Shown here in pieces: positions 17,925-27,676 of a stretch of 64,000 bases of DNA. Position numbers and translations under genes: made by a program. The first letter of the stretch is position 1; each line of letters starts with the position of its first letter. Source of the DNA: an uncultured virus (IMG/VR IMGVR_UViG_2799112289_000001) (lineage: Duplodnaviria; Heunggongvirae; Uroviricota; Caudoviricetes); IMG/VR virus record IMGVR_UViG_2799112289_000001; one strand, written 5' to 3'. The notes under the pieces are model-generated. The model saw nothing but the letters and a program-made list of their open reading frames with translations, was not told the origin of the DNA and searched no databases.

Positions 17925-19678
17925 CCGTGCACTGGTCGACAGCTTGTCTGGACTGGGAACAGCGCATCGTTGCCGGCCGCTCACTCGTGCCGTTCGATCC
18001 GCTATTCCCAGACGAGGCGGAAGCAGCCCTCGCAGTGTTCAAGTCACTGCGGATCGTCGATGTTCTGGGCCAGCCCACCTTTGGTGAGGCCTGCGAAGAG
18101 TGGGTATTCGATTTCGTCCGTGCCATCTTCGGGGCGCAGGATCCTGCAGTCGGTCGCCGTCTCATCCGGCAATTCTTCCTGCTCATCAGCAAGAAGAACG
18201 CCAAATCCACGATTGCCGCCGGTATCATGCTGACGGCGCTGATCCGCAATTGGCGACATGGCGCCGAGCTTTTGATTGTGGCGCCGACACTCGAAATCGC
18301 GGGCAACAGCTTCGTTCCTGCGGCTGCGATGGTGCGCGCCGACGAAGATTTGCGAAACCTTCTGCATGTCCAGGATAACTATCGGCAGATCACGCATCGC
18401 ACGACAAAGGCGGTCCTGAAGGTCGTCGCGGCAGATACCGATACGGTCGGCGGTAAGAAGGCCGCATTTGTTCTGATCGACGAGCTGTGGATCTTCGGCA
18501 ATCGTCCCAACGCCGATGCCATGTTGCAGGAAGCGACCGGCGGCCTCGTTTCCAGACCCGAAGGCTTCGTGATCTTCTTGTCGACGCAAAGCGACAAACC
18601 TCCGGCTGGCGTCTTCAAGGATAAGCTGGATTACTTCCGCGACATTCGTGACGGCAAGATCGTCGATCAGAAAAGCTTCGGTGTCCTGTACGAATTCCCG
18701 GCATCCTACATCAAGGACGAGACCTATCTAGACTCGGACAATTGGTACATCACCAATCCGAACATCGGTCGTTCCGTCAGCATCGAGGATCTCGAGCAGA
18801 AGCTTGCTGAGGCACAGCGCAGCAGCGGCGATGCTCTGCGCTCGCATCTTGCCAAGCATCTCAATATCGAAATCGGCATGAACCTGCGGGCCAATCGCTG
18901 GCCGGGTGCCGACTATTGGGAAAAGTCAATCGATCCCGAGCTTGCGATGCTCCCACATTTTGCTGCGCTGGAACGGTTGCTCGATCGTTGTGAGGTCGTT
19001 GTCCCGGGCATCGATGGCGGTGGCCTCGACGATCTCTTCGGGCTCAACATCCTTGGCCGCGAGCCATCGGAAATCGAAGTCGAAGTGGTGCTGAACGGCG
19101 TAAAAACTGTTCAACGCATGAAGCGTTGGCTCTCGTGGTCGCATGCCTGGTGCCATAAGGGCGTTCTGACACGACGCAAGTCCATTGCCTCGAAGCTCGA
19201 GGATCTGGAAAAGGCCGGTGTTCTGACAATCGTCAACGACGATCTCGGCGATATCGGCTCGATCGTGGAAATCATCCGCAAGATCAAGGAGCGCAATCTT
19301 TTATCGATGGTTGCCGTCGACCCCGCCGGCCTAGGCGATTTCGTTGATGCCCTCTCTGAGATTGACGTGACGGAAGACGAAGGCCTGCTCGTCGGTGTCT
19401 CTCAGGGTTTCGCCATGATGAATGCCATCAAAACGGCGGAGCGGCGCCTGGCGAGCGGTATGCTGAAGCATTCGGGTGGCCCTCTGATGTCCTGGTGCGT
19501 CAGCAACCTGAAGATCGAGCCCACTGCCACGGCAATCCGCGCAACAAAGCAGAATGCGGGCGATGCCAAGATCGACCCGGTGATGGCGCTCTTTGATGCC
19601 GTCACCATCATGGTGAAGAACCCGGAACCGAAGACATCGACTTCCGTCTACGAAACTCAAGACCTGCTGGTTGTTTAA
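17921..19678 (+). CDS. terL: Terminase large subunit
   Basis: KKNAKS Walker A, LIDELW Walker B, GIDGG and KIDP nuclease motifs. Confidence 0.95.
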   Translation: MTVHWSTACLDWEQRIVAGRSLVPFDPLFPDEAEAALAVFKSLRIVDVLGQPTFGEACEEWVFDFVRAIFGAQDPAVGRRLIRQFFLLISKKNAKSTIAAGIMLTALIRNWRHGAELLIVAPTLEIAGNSFVPAAAMVRADEDLRNLLHVQDNYRQITHRTTKAVLKVVAADTDTVGGKKAAFVLIDELWIFGNRPNADAMLQEATGGLVSRPEGFVIFLSTQSDKPPAGVFKDKLDYFRDIRDGKIVDQKSFGVLYEFPASYIKDETYLDSDNWYITNPNIGRSVSIEDLEQKLAEAQRSSGDALRSHLAKHLNIEIGMNLRANRWPGADYWEKSIDPELAMLPHFAALERLLDRCEVVVPGIDGGGLDDLFGLNILGREPSEIEVEVVLNGVKTVQRMKRWLSWSHAWCHKGVLTRRKSIASKLEDLEKAGVLTIVNDDLGDIGSIVEIIRKIKERNLLSMVAVDPAGLGDFVDALSEIDVTEDEGLLVGVSQGFAMMNAIKTAERRLASGMLKHSGGPLMSWCVSNLKIEPTATAIRATKQNAGDAKIDPVMALFDAVTIMVKNPEPKTSTSVYETQDLLVV

Positions 19679-19688
19679 GAGGATGCGC

Positions 19689-19898
19689 ATGGCTCGCCTC
19701 AAATCTGCGCTCAGTGCCGCCGCCCTGGTGCTGGTGGTAGTCGCAAACTTCCTGTTCCGGCTGTTCGGGATGCGCGACTACATGCTGTTCGCGGGCCTCG
19801 GCCTCGCGGCTTATGGTGTTTCATTCATTTACGGGCCGGCGGCCTATATCCTGCCAGGCGTGGCGCTATCCGCAGTTGCCATATTCGGTGTCCGCTGA
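19689..19898 (+). CDS. Small membrane protein between terL and portal
   Basis: Hydrophobic; TGATG coupling to portal. Confidence 0.65.
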   Translation: MARLKSALSAAALVLVVVANFLFRLFGMRDYMLFAGLGLAAYGVSFIYGPAAYILPGVALSAVAIFGVR

Positions 19899-21229
19899 TG
19901 GGTTTCACTGATCGCATCAGCCGCAGCGCGCAGGGCATCGATCTGGTCGAGAAATCGGCGGCATCCGGCGTGCCGGCGGCCGGCTTCCTGCCAACGCTCG
20001 GTTCCGTGCCGTCAGCCGCCGGGGTTTCTATCAGCCAGGGCACGGCGATCACCGTGTCTACGGTCTATGCCTGCCTGATGGCGCGTGCGAGCGATTTTGC
20101 CCGTTGTACGCCGCACATTCTGACCATCAAGGATGGACGCAGCGGCGATCCCAACTCCACTCATCCCGCGGCGAAGCTGATGAAGCGGCCGAATTGGGTG
20201 CAGACATGGTTCGAATTCGCCATCCAGATGCACGCGGCTTACATTCTGCGCAACAACGCTTACGCGATCATTTTGCGCGATAGCGGCGGTGTGCCGCAAT
20301 ATTTACTGCCGGTAAATCCTGACAACGTCCTCGTGCTCGAAGCGGCTGATGGTCAAATCTTCTATCAGGTCAATCGTCAGGGATTGTTCCAGATGTGGGC
20401 TTTGAACAGATTGCCGCTGGCGATCCCGGCCGAAGACGTATTCCATCTTCGTGGGCTGACCTTCAACATGCTGGTGGGTGTGTCGACGATAGGCGTTGCC
20501 CGCGATGCCATCGGGCTCGCTATGGGCCTCGAGCAGCAGGCCTCGCGGTTCCTCGCCAATGGCGCCAGGCCGTCCGGTGTCCTGGAGTCCTCGAAGAAGA
20601 TTTCCAGCGATACCGCGAAGCGTTTGCGTGAACAGTGGGAGGCTTTGCGTTCCGGCATCCAGAACGTTGGCAGGACTGCAATCCTGGAGGATGGTCTGAC
20701 CTTCAAGCAGATGCAGTTGACCTCTGTCGATCTCGAGTTCATCGCCCAGCGCAGATATTCGGTCGAGGAAGTCTCCCGCTTCATGCGTGTGCCCCTTTAT
20801 CGCATCGGCGTCGCCGGCGAGATCGCGAAAGGCGCCAAAATCGAAGATCTCGATACATCCTATGTGAACTCGGTCATCATGCCCGACGCCGAGGCATGGG
20901 AACAGAAATTCGAACAGATGTTCGAACTCGAAAAGGACGGACTCGAGGCAGACTTCGACGAGCGCAATTTGCTGCGCGCCTCTGAGACCACGCGGATCAA
21001 CAATCAGCGACTTTCGATCATGTCTGGTCTTGAGACCCAAAACGAAGCGCGCAAGGACAATGGTCGTCCATCCAAATCAGGCGGTGACGACCTTCTGCGT
21101 CCGGTCAATCTCGCTGCAGCCGGTTCCGACATAACGGGAACCGCGCCAGACGGCGCTGGTCGCCCCAGCTCCGGCGCGCTTCCCGATCCCGGCGCCGGAA
21201 ACGCAACATCAGAAGGGGACGAACAATGA
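19898..21229 (+). CDS. HK97-family portal protein
   Basis: VYAC, NAY, VFHLR, NGARPSG, NEAR motifs. Confidence 0.95.
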   Translation: MGFTDRISRSAQGIDLVEKSAASGVPAAGFLPTLGSVPSAAGVSISQGTAITVSTVYACLMARASDFARCTPHILTIKDGRSGDPNSTHPAAKLMKRPNWVQTWFEFAIQMHAAYILRNNAYAIILRDSGGVPQYLLPVNPDNVLVLEAADGQIFYQVNRQGLFQMWALNRLPLAIPAEDVFHLRGLTFNMLVGVSTIGVARDAIGLAMGLEQQASRFLANGARPSGVLESSKKISSDTAKRLREQWEALRSGIQNVGRTAILEDGLTFKQMQLTSVDLEFIAQRRYSVEEVSRFMRVPLYRIGVAGEIAKGAKIEDLDTSYVNSVIMPDAEAWEQKFEQMFELEKDGLEADFDERNLLRASETTRINNQRLSIMSGLETQNEARKDNGRPSKSGGDDLLRPVNLAAAGSDITGTAPDGAGRPSSGALPDPGAGNATSEGDEQ

Positions 21230-22602
21230 AGTTGCTGCGCAAGGTCTATAACGCACCGATCGAAGCTGTCGGCGATCGCCAAGTGCGTGTGATCATTTCT
21301 ACCGATCAGGTCGATCGTGACGGCGAGATCATCGTCAATGCCGGCATCGACATCTCGTCCTACATGGCTAGCGGCGCTGGCACGGTGCTGTGGAACCACA
21401 ATCCGAACATGCCAATCGCGAAATGCATCGAAATCGTTCAAGGCGCCAGCGAGACTACCGCACTCGTCGAGTTCCCGCCCGCTGGCGAAGATGCCGAAGC
21501 TGATCTTTATTACGGCAAGATAAAGTTCGGATCCGTTTCGGGCGTCTCGATCGGCTTTATGCCGCTCTCGGCAGAGCCCTTGGACAAGGGCAATCCGAAG
21601 AAAGGCCCGCAGAAATACACGGCATCCGAGCTGATGGAATTTTCGTTCACGCCGGTCCAATCGAACCGCGGCGCGATGGTAATTGCGCGGTCGGCGAGGT
21701 CTGAAACGGAAAACTGGAAAGTCGGCGCATCGCGCAACCTGCCTGTGGCTGTCGATGGTGATTGGGACAGTGCGACCGTCGAAAAGGCCATCCTTCAACA
21801 AGCAGACTTCGACAGCGATAGCCCGGATACCACGTTCGCCCGCAAGGGTTTTCTAGCCTATGACGCCGCCAATCCAGAGCTGACGGAATCTTACCAAATT
21901 CCCTTCGCCAAAATGGTCGATGGCCGATTGAGCGTTACCAAATCGGGCCTGATGGCCGCTTCATCCTGGCTCGAAAAAGCCAGCCTTCCTGACGACGTCA
22001 CCGCGAAGGCGCGGGCCGTCATTGAGCATTACGAGGCCAAGATGACGAACAAACCTTCCGCAAAATCCGTCATGAAAAAGGACGTGCCGATCAAGATCAA
22101 GGGCCTCTGGCAGGTCTCGCAACTGGCGAATATCTTGCTGGATCTGGGCTGGTTGCAAGAGAGCGTCGAGTGGGAAGCGGCCTATGAAGAGGACGGTTCG
22201 AACCTTCCCGGTACTTTGGCGGAGATCATGCATGCCATCGGTGACGCGCTGATCGCCATGACCACCGAGGAAGTTGCCGAGCTGCTTGCGCAGATCCCGG
22301 GCGACGCGGAAGTCACCAAGGGCATCTGCGCCGACAATGCTCCGCCGATCGTCAAGACCTTCGTTGCCATCAACGTAAAGGCCGGTCGAAAATTTTCGGC
22401 CGACTCCCTTTCTACCCTGCAGGAAGCTTGCAAGGCCATCAAGGATGGCCACGACAAGATTTCCGGCATGATCAATGACGGTGGCTCCGACACGGAAGAC
22501 ACCGAAGACAAATCCGCCGCGGCCGACATGGTCAAGGCAGCCGATCTCGCGCGGCAAAAGCGGTTGCGCGAAGTCGAGGTATTGCGGCGTACCGCAATCT
22601 AG
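21226..22602 (+). CDS. HK97-type prohead protease with long C-terminal extension
   Basis: DRDGE, LWNH, VSIGF, LMEFSFTPVQSN. Confidence 0.9.
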   Translation: MKLLRKVYNAPIEAVGDRQVRVIISTDQVDRDGEIIVNAGIDISSYMASGAGTVLWNHNPNMPIAKCIEIVQGASETTALVEFPPAGEDAEADLYYGKIKFGSVSGVSIGFMPLSAEPLDKGNPKKGPQKYTASELMEFSFTPVQSNRGAMVIARSARSETENWKVGASRNLPVAVDGDWDSATVEKAILQQADFDSDSPDTTFARKGFLAYDAANPELTESYQIPFAKMVDGRLSVTKSGLMAASSWLEKASLPDDVTAKARAVIEHYEAKMTNKPSAKSVMKKDVPIKIKGLWQVSQLANILLDLGWLQESVEWEAAYEEDGSNLPGTLAEIMHAIGDALIAMTTEEVAELLAQIPGDAEVTKGICADNAPPIVKTFVAINVKAGRKFSADSLSTLQEACKAIKDGHDKISGMINDGGSDTEDTEDKSAAADMVKAADLARQKRLREVEVLRRTAI

Positions 22603-22682
22603 TCCCCGGCGACAGGCTGGCTCCCAATCACCGTTGAATTCCCGCGCCGCGCAAGCCGCCGCGCCATGGAAAGGATTTACCT

Positions 22683-24083
22683 ATGCCCAAGATTGCAGAG
22701 CTGCAACAGAAGCGCAGCAAGGCTTTCGATGCCTTCAAGGCCATCGCCGAAAAGGACGACTTCAATCCGGCCGTCGACCAGAAGGCTTTCGATGACGCCA
22801 AGACCGAAGTCGACGCCATCGATGCCGAGATCGTCCGTGCAAAGACCGTGCAGGAAATGTCGGCCAAGACCGCCGTTCCGGTACAGGGTCAGGAGCCGGT
22901 TCCGGCCACTGTCGAAAACGACCCGTATATCAAGGAAAAGTCGCTCCTCCTCGGCGGCGTCACCAAGATGATCGGCGTCGGCGGCGGCAACGTCTACAAT
23001 GCCCGCCAGGCGTCGAAAGATGCCTATGGTGAAAACCACCCGGTTACCAAAGCGCTTATCGCTTCGAGTGGCGGTGCCGGCGGTTTCATCGTTCCGCCCG
23101 ACGTCATGAACGAGGTCATCCCCCTGCTTCGCGCCGTGGCAGTGGTGCGTGGTGCTGGCCCGCGCAACATCCCCATGCCGCGCGGCACGATGACGCTCCC
23201 GGGTCAGGCATCCGCTGCCTCTGCCTCCTATGGCTCGGAAACGAAGACCATCGTCAAGTCGCAGCAGTCGCTGAACCAGATCGTCGCCACCTATAAGAAG
23301 TTGACCGCGCTGGTGCCGATCTCAAATGATATGATGCGCTACGCGGATCCGGCGATCGATGCTTTCGTTCGTGACGACCTGGTCAAGGTCATGGCGCTGA
23401 CGGAAGACCGTAACTTCCTCCTCAGTGACGGCACTCAGGATACGCCACGGGGGTATCTTTCCTTCGCCAACGGCTTCGTTGCGAAGAATGGCGGCACGGT
23501 TGGCGTGTTCAGCAAGACGGCAAACTCCGTGCTTGCGGTCAACGGCGTCGACCCAACCGATTCCACCGGTGGCAACTTCATCACCTCGACCGCCAACTAC
23601 ACGCTGGCGACGGTTGCGGCAGAGCTTGGCGGTGCGGTCAATCGTCTCGATACGGCCAATGTCCCCGACAGCAAGCGCGTCTGGTTCATGCATCCGCGTT
23701 CGTTCAACTACCTGTTCAACGTTCAAAACTCGCTCGGTGTCTATGTCTATCGTGATGAGCTGACCAAGGGGACGTTGCTCACCTATCCGATTAAGAAGTC
23801 GACGCAGCTCGGCGCCAACTACTGGAACGCCGATGGCTCCAACAAGGATCTCTCCTTCGTCATGCTCGTCGAGATGACCGAGGACATGATCCTCGATTCG
23901 ATGCAGCTCGAACTCGCCGTCTTCCGCGAAGGTTCGTACATCGACGAGAATGGCAACACCGTTTCCGCCATGGCAAACGACCAGACGGTCATTCGTGCGA
24001 TCGCCGAACATGATCACCAGCTCCGTCATGACGCCGCTGTCGCGATCATCCAGGGCGTCCGCTGGGCACCGGCCATCAGCTAA
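22683..24083 (+). CDS. HK97-fold major capsid protein
   Basis: N-terminal coiled coil, GGFIVP, KKLTALVPIS, WFMHP. Confidence 0.95.
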   Translation: MPKIAELQQKRSKAFDAFKAIAEKDDFNPAVDQKAFDDAKTEVDAIDAEIVRAKTVQEMSAKTAVPVQGQEPVPATVENDPYIKEKSLLLGGVTKMIGVGGGNVYNARQASKDAYGENHPVTKALIASSGGAGGFIVPPDVMNEVIPLLRAVAVVRGAGPRNIPMPRGTMTLPGQASAASASYGSETKTIVKSQQSLNQIVATYKKLTALVPISNDMMRYADPAIDAFVRDDLVKVMALTEDRNFLLSDGTQDTPRGYLSFANGFVAKNGGTVGVFSKTANSVLAVNGVDPTDSTGGNFITSTANYTLATVAAELGGAVNRLDTANVPDSKRVWFMHPRSFNYLFNVQNSLGVYVYRDELTKGTLLTYPIKKSTQLGANYWNADGSNKDLSFVMLVEMTEDMILDSMQLELAVFREGSYIDENGNTVSAMANDQTVIRAIAEHDHQLRHDAAVAIIQGVRWAPAIS

Positions 24084-24100
24084 ACGCGGATCGATAGCGC

Positions 24101-24120
24101 AAGCCCGTTTGCGCGGGCTT
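24101..24120 (+). terminator. Hairpin after capsid gene
   Basis: AAGCCCG-N6-CGGGCTT. Confidence 0.45.
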
Positions 24121-24160
24121 CGCGACCACTTTTCATCCTTCACCGATAAGGAACGGAACA

Positions 24161-24637
24161 ATGGCTGACATCGTCACCCAGCATAGCATGGCCGAACTTC
24201 TGACGGCCAAAATCGCCTCTGCCTTCGCAGCGGCAACCGCCGGCGGAACCGGCGACAATACCGCTGTTACCGGCCTCGCCATCGATCGTTTCGCGACCGG
24301 TGCCCTGGCGGGGAACGTGGAGTTCATCCTCGCCTATCAGGCCACGCTTGCCGCCGCGGCGACATTGTCGCTGAAGACGATCAAGATCGAGCAGGGCGAT
24401 GATGGCACCAACTGGGATGCAACGGCCTACCAGACCTTCACCGACGCGGTCGTCGCCACCGGCAAGACCGGAGGCTCTACCGAACGTGGAGCACTCAAGC
24501 TCAAGGTCGATCTCGGTTCGGCAAAGCGCTTCGTGCGCATCGATTTCACCCCCGACCTGTCGGCCGCGAACACTGATACGGCATCTGTCGTCGCGGTTGC
24601 CAATCTTGCCGGCTTCGATCGCCTGCCGGCGGCATAA
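24161..24637 (+). CDS. Probable capsid decoration/cement protein
   Basis: Follows MCP; Ala/Thr-rich, KRFVR motif. Confidence 0.6.
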   Translation: MADIVTQHSMAELLTAKIASAFAAATAGGTGDNTAVTGLAIDRFATGALAGNVEFILAYQATLAAAATLSLKTIKIEQGDDGTNWDATAYQTFTDAVVATGKTGGSTERGALKLKVDLGSAKRFVRIDFTPDLSAANTDTASVVAVANLAGFDRLPAA

Positions 24638-24701
24638 CAATGCGATGACCCGGCAGCCCCGTGCTGCCGGGTGATGCAAGCCTTGAGGACGAGGGTCGAA
24701 C

Positions 24702-25103
24702 ATGGATATTTCAGCAGAGATTGGCGCCCTGTTCGCGAAGGTCGCCGGCGCATTTGCAGAGCATGACGGAGCGCCGACTACGACTCCGGTGCATATCATG
24801 GCAGCGTTCGATCACATGTCGCGAGCAGTTCGACAGGAATTCGATCGCGTCATGACGCATCGTGAGCCGGTCGCGCCGGCAGTTGTGCCGGAACCCCTCT
24901 CGCACGATACGGCCGGCACTCCGACCGAAACGATCGTCGAGGAAACTGTACAGGAAGAAGCACAGAAAACTGCCGCTTCCGCGCCTGAATCGGTTGTGGA
25001 GCAGGCGCCGGCAGTCGTGGTTGCGGAAGCACCGGAGCCCGCGTCCGAAGTGGTGACGCAAGCACCGGCTGTCGAAATCGCTTCTGCCGGAGATCCCGCA
25101 TGA
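24702..25103 (+). CDS. Hypothetical protein with acidic low-complexity tail
   Basis: GAGG RBS; E/A/P/V-rich. Confidence 0.6.
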   Translation: MDISAEIGALFAKVAGAFAEHDGAPTTTPVHIMAAFDHMSRAVRQEFDRVMTHREPVAPAVVPEPLSHDTAGTPTETIVEETVQEEAQKTAASAPESVVEQAPAVVVAEAPEPASEVVTQAPAVEIASAGDPA

Positions 25104-25300
25104 AGACCGTTTATCTGACCACGGATATGCGTCCCTGGCGGGCCGGGGATGAGGTGCACGTTCCTAACGAAGTTGCGGAACGGCTCGTCAGGAATGGCGA
25201 GGCAAAGAATATGCGCCCGTTCAATCCGACGGGCGCCGAACAGCCTTCGACCGACGATCGGCCGAAAAGCAGCTATCTAACGAAGGCGCGGAAGGGCTAA
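25100..25300 (+). CDS. Small head-associated protein
   Basis: GDEVHVPNEVAERLVRNGEA pattern typical after capsid genes. Confidence 0.6.
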   Translation: MKTVYLTTDMRPWRAGDEVHVPNEVAERLVRNGEAKNMRPFNPTGAEQPSTDDRPKSSYLTKARKG

Positions 25301-25304
25301 GCCA

Positions 25305-25568
25305 ATGAGTGATCCTTGGAAAGGCATGGGCGGTGACCTGAATAGTTTTGGTCGCCGCGGGAAGGTTGTAGCTCCGGGTGCGAACGATCTTCCATCGTTT
25401 GCAAAAGGACTGGTCGTATTGGCGGCCGGCGACGCAACCATCATTCCGGCCGACAACGCCGATTCCGATACTCTCTCCTTCACGGGCCTGACTGTCGGTC
25501 AGGTTATCCCTTATATCGTCCGCCGCGTGACCATTGCGACCGCGACGCTCGCGACGATCGATGGCTGA
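25305..25568 (+). CDS. Probable head spike base protein (RcGTA rcc01079-like)
   Basis: 87 aa, P..NDL..KGLVV..GD..G..P..VRRV pattern, recalled by eye. Confidence 0.55.
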   Translation: MSDPWKGMGGDLNSFGRRGKVVAPGANDLPSFAKGLVVLAAGDATIIPADNADSDTLSFTGLTVGQVIPYIVRRVTIATATLATIDG

Positions 25569-25571
25569 CCT

Positions 25572-26216
25572 ATGGGCATTCGTGTCATTTCCACGATCAT
25601 CGCGGCCGCCGAGAGCTACGATCTTACGACGCTAGAAAACGTGAAATCGGAACTCAACATCACCGACGATGCCAGCGACGCGGTGCTGGAGCGCTATATT
25701 GCCGGGGCTTCGGCTTCGATTGCGCAATTCTGCGGTCGGCGGTTTCAAGTCGAGACGGTCAAGGATGAGTTCTGGCCGGATCGGGAGTTTTATGCGTATC
25801 AGGTCCAGGGTGCGATTCCGAGCTTGCAGCTATCGCGCTGGCCTGCCGTCACCGTTTCGACGGTAACGGAGAACGATATCGCTCTCGATGACGGCTCGGA
25901 TTTCAGCGTCGACAAGGACAATGGATTGTTGCTGCGACTGGATGGTCTGAAGTATCCGACCGTGTGGGGCGCCTGGCCGATCAGCGTCACCTATGACGGT
26001 GGCTTTGAGCCGATCCCGCCCGATGTCGAGGATGCGGCGATCCGCATGGTAAAGGCCCGCTTCCTCGCAAAGGGTCGCGATCCCAATTTGAAGCAAGAAA
26101 ACATCGTGGGCGTTCGCGAAGTGTCATACTGGATCGCGACGGGTAGCGACGCCGGCAACATGACTCCAGACATCGAGGATATTCTCGACAACTATCGTCC
26201 GAAGGTGCTGGTATGA
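25572..26216 (+). CDS. Head-tail adaptor (gp6-like)
   Basis: LTTLENVKSELNI..YDGGF..IPPDVEDA..LDNYR. Confidence 0.8.
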   Translation: MGIRVISTIIAAAESYDLTTLENVKSELNITDDASDAVLERYIAGASASIAQFCGRRFQVETVKDEFWPDREFYAYQVQGAIPSLQLSRWPAVTVSTVTENDIALDDGSDFSVDKDNGLLLRLDGLKYPTVWGAWPISVTYDGGFEPIPPDVEDAAIRMVKARFLAKGRDPNLKQENIVGVREVSYWIATGSDAGNMTPDIEDILDNYRPKVLV

Positions 26217-26542
26217 CCCCATGGGAGGCGATCGCATCACTCGACAATCATCTGGGCGTCGCTGGCCAGACTGTCATCGTGCGAAAGACCAATGCCGCCA
26301 CACCGGCCGCTACGGTCAAAGCCTTCGTGCGCGGCTTGCAGGCGAGCGATATCGCCGGCACGACACTGACGCAGTCTGACAAGAAGATCACGATCTCGCC
26401 GACCGGACTCGATCCGGTCGGCATTCCTGGTGCGAATTGGCAGGTTGTCATCGATGGATCGCCGCGCACGGTGATCGGCAGTCCGGAAGTGATCAAGATG
26501 GCTGATGTCGTCGTCCGCATCAACCTGCTGGTGACGGGCTGA
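26213..26542 (+). CDS. Head closure protein
   Basis: Size and synteny. Confidence 0.6.
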   Translation: MTPWEAIASLDNHLGVAGQTVIVRKTNAATPAATVKAFVRGLQASDIAGTTLTQSDKKITISPTGLDPVGIPGANWQVVIDGSPRTVIGSPEVIKMADVVVRINLLVTG

Positions 26543-27201
26543 TGGCCAGGGCGCCGATCGCGGAGACGATCCGTATCCTCAAGCAGGATACTGAGGCTCT
26601 GACGAAAGAGCTGATCGTCAGCACCGCCAAGCGCGAGCATGCTCGCATCATGTCGGCAGAGCCTCGCCCGTCGTCGTTTGTCCGCATCGTCGATGGTTCG
26701 GTTGGCGCGCCAGAGGAGCGGGTGAAGCCGGCCGGTGTCATCGTCTACCAATACCAGCGCATCGCCGAAATCGTGCAGTTTGCGATGGAGACGCTCTACG
26801 ATCTGTCGCCCGTACTCTCGGGCGATTATCGCAACAGCCATCAGATCATGCTCAACGGGCGGCCGGTCAACAATCTCTCTGACTGGAAGCAAGGCGACGA
26901 AGTCTCGATCACCAACACGCTGCCCTATAGCCGTAAGATCGAGATCGGCAAGATGAAGATGCGCGTTTCCGGCACGTCGAAAGTCTATCAGCAGGCGCGA
27001 CAGAAGATCATGGCCCGCTTCGGCAATATCGTCAGCGTCGAATTCACCTACCGCGCGGTCATAGCCGGCCATGGTGTCGACCAGGCGAAGACGGCAACCC
27101 GCAAGCGCAAGGCAACCGGCGACTTCGAAAAGACGCTGAAACGCGGCGCCCACAATCAGTCCGACCGGCGTTTCCCGGTCATCGTCATCACGGAACGATA
27201 A
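26542..27201 (+). CDS. Neck/tail completion protein
   Basis: SPVLSGDYRNS..NTLPYSRKIE. Confidence 0.7.
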   Translation: MARAPIAETIRILKQDTEALTKELIVSTAKREHARIMSAEPRPSSFVRIVDGSVGAPEERVKPAGVIVYQYQRIAEIVQFAMETLYDLSPVLSGDYRNSHQIMLNGRPVNNLSDWKQGDEVSITNTLPYSRKIEIGKMKMRVSGTSKVYQQARQKIMARFGNIVSVEFTYRAVIAGHGVDQAKTATRKRKATGDFEKTLKRGAHNQSDRRFPVIVITER

Positions 27202-27654
27202 ATGCCAGATTACGTCGGCGCCGAAGCGGCCATCCGCGCGAAGCTCGTTGCGGAATGGAATACCACGCGCATCGCCCATGAAAACGAAATGCCTGCCGAC
27301 CCATGGCCCCCCGTGGATGCGGACGCCGTTTTGCTTCCGTGGGTCAATCTCGAAATCGAGTGCTTCAACGCGCCAATCATCGGTCAGGGCCGGCCGGGTA
27401 ATCACGTCTATCGTTATGACGGGCTGATTTCCGCCCATGTCTTTACGCCTGCCGGCTCCGGTACAGAGATCGGCAAACAATACGCCGTCGCGATCGGTGA
27501 GATCTTTCGCCGCAAGACATTTTACGACGACGTCCCCGGCTTCTGTGTCCGCACGGAAGATCCTTATCCGGCGGACGGTGATGGTGCATCCGACGACGGC
27601 AACTGGTTCGGCACGACCATGACCTGTGCTTTCACCTATTGGCATCGCGGCTGA
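27202..27654 (+). CDS. Tail terminator protein
   Basis: Synteny; PWV..G..VFTPAGSG pattern. Confidence 0.7.
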   Translation: MPDYVGAEAAIRAKLVAEWNTTRIAHENEMPADPWPPVDADAVLLPWVNLEIECFNAPIIGQGRPGNHVYRYDGLISAHVFTPAGSGTEIGKQYAVAIGEIFRRKTFYDDVPGFCVRTEDPYPADGDGASDDGNWFGTTMTCAFTYWHRG

Positions 27655-27676
27655 GCCGCCAGAAGGGAGCCTTACA

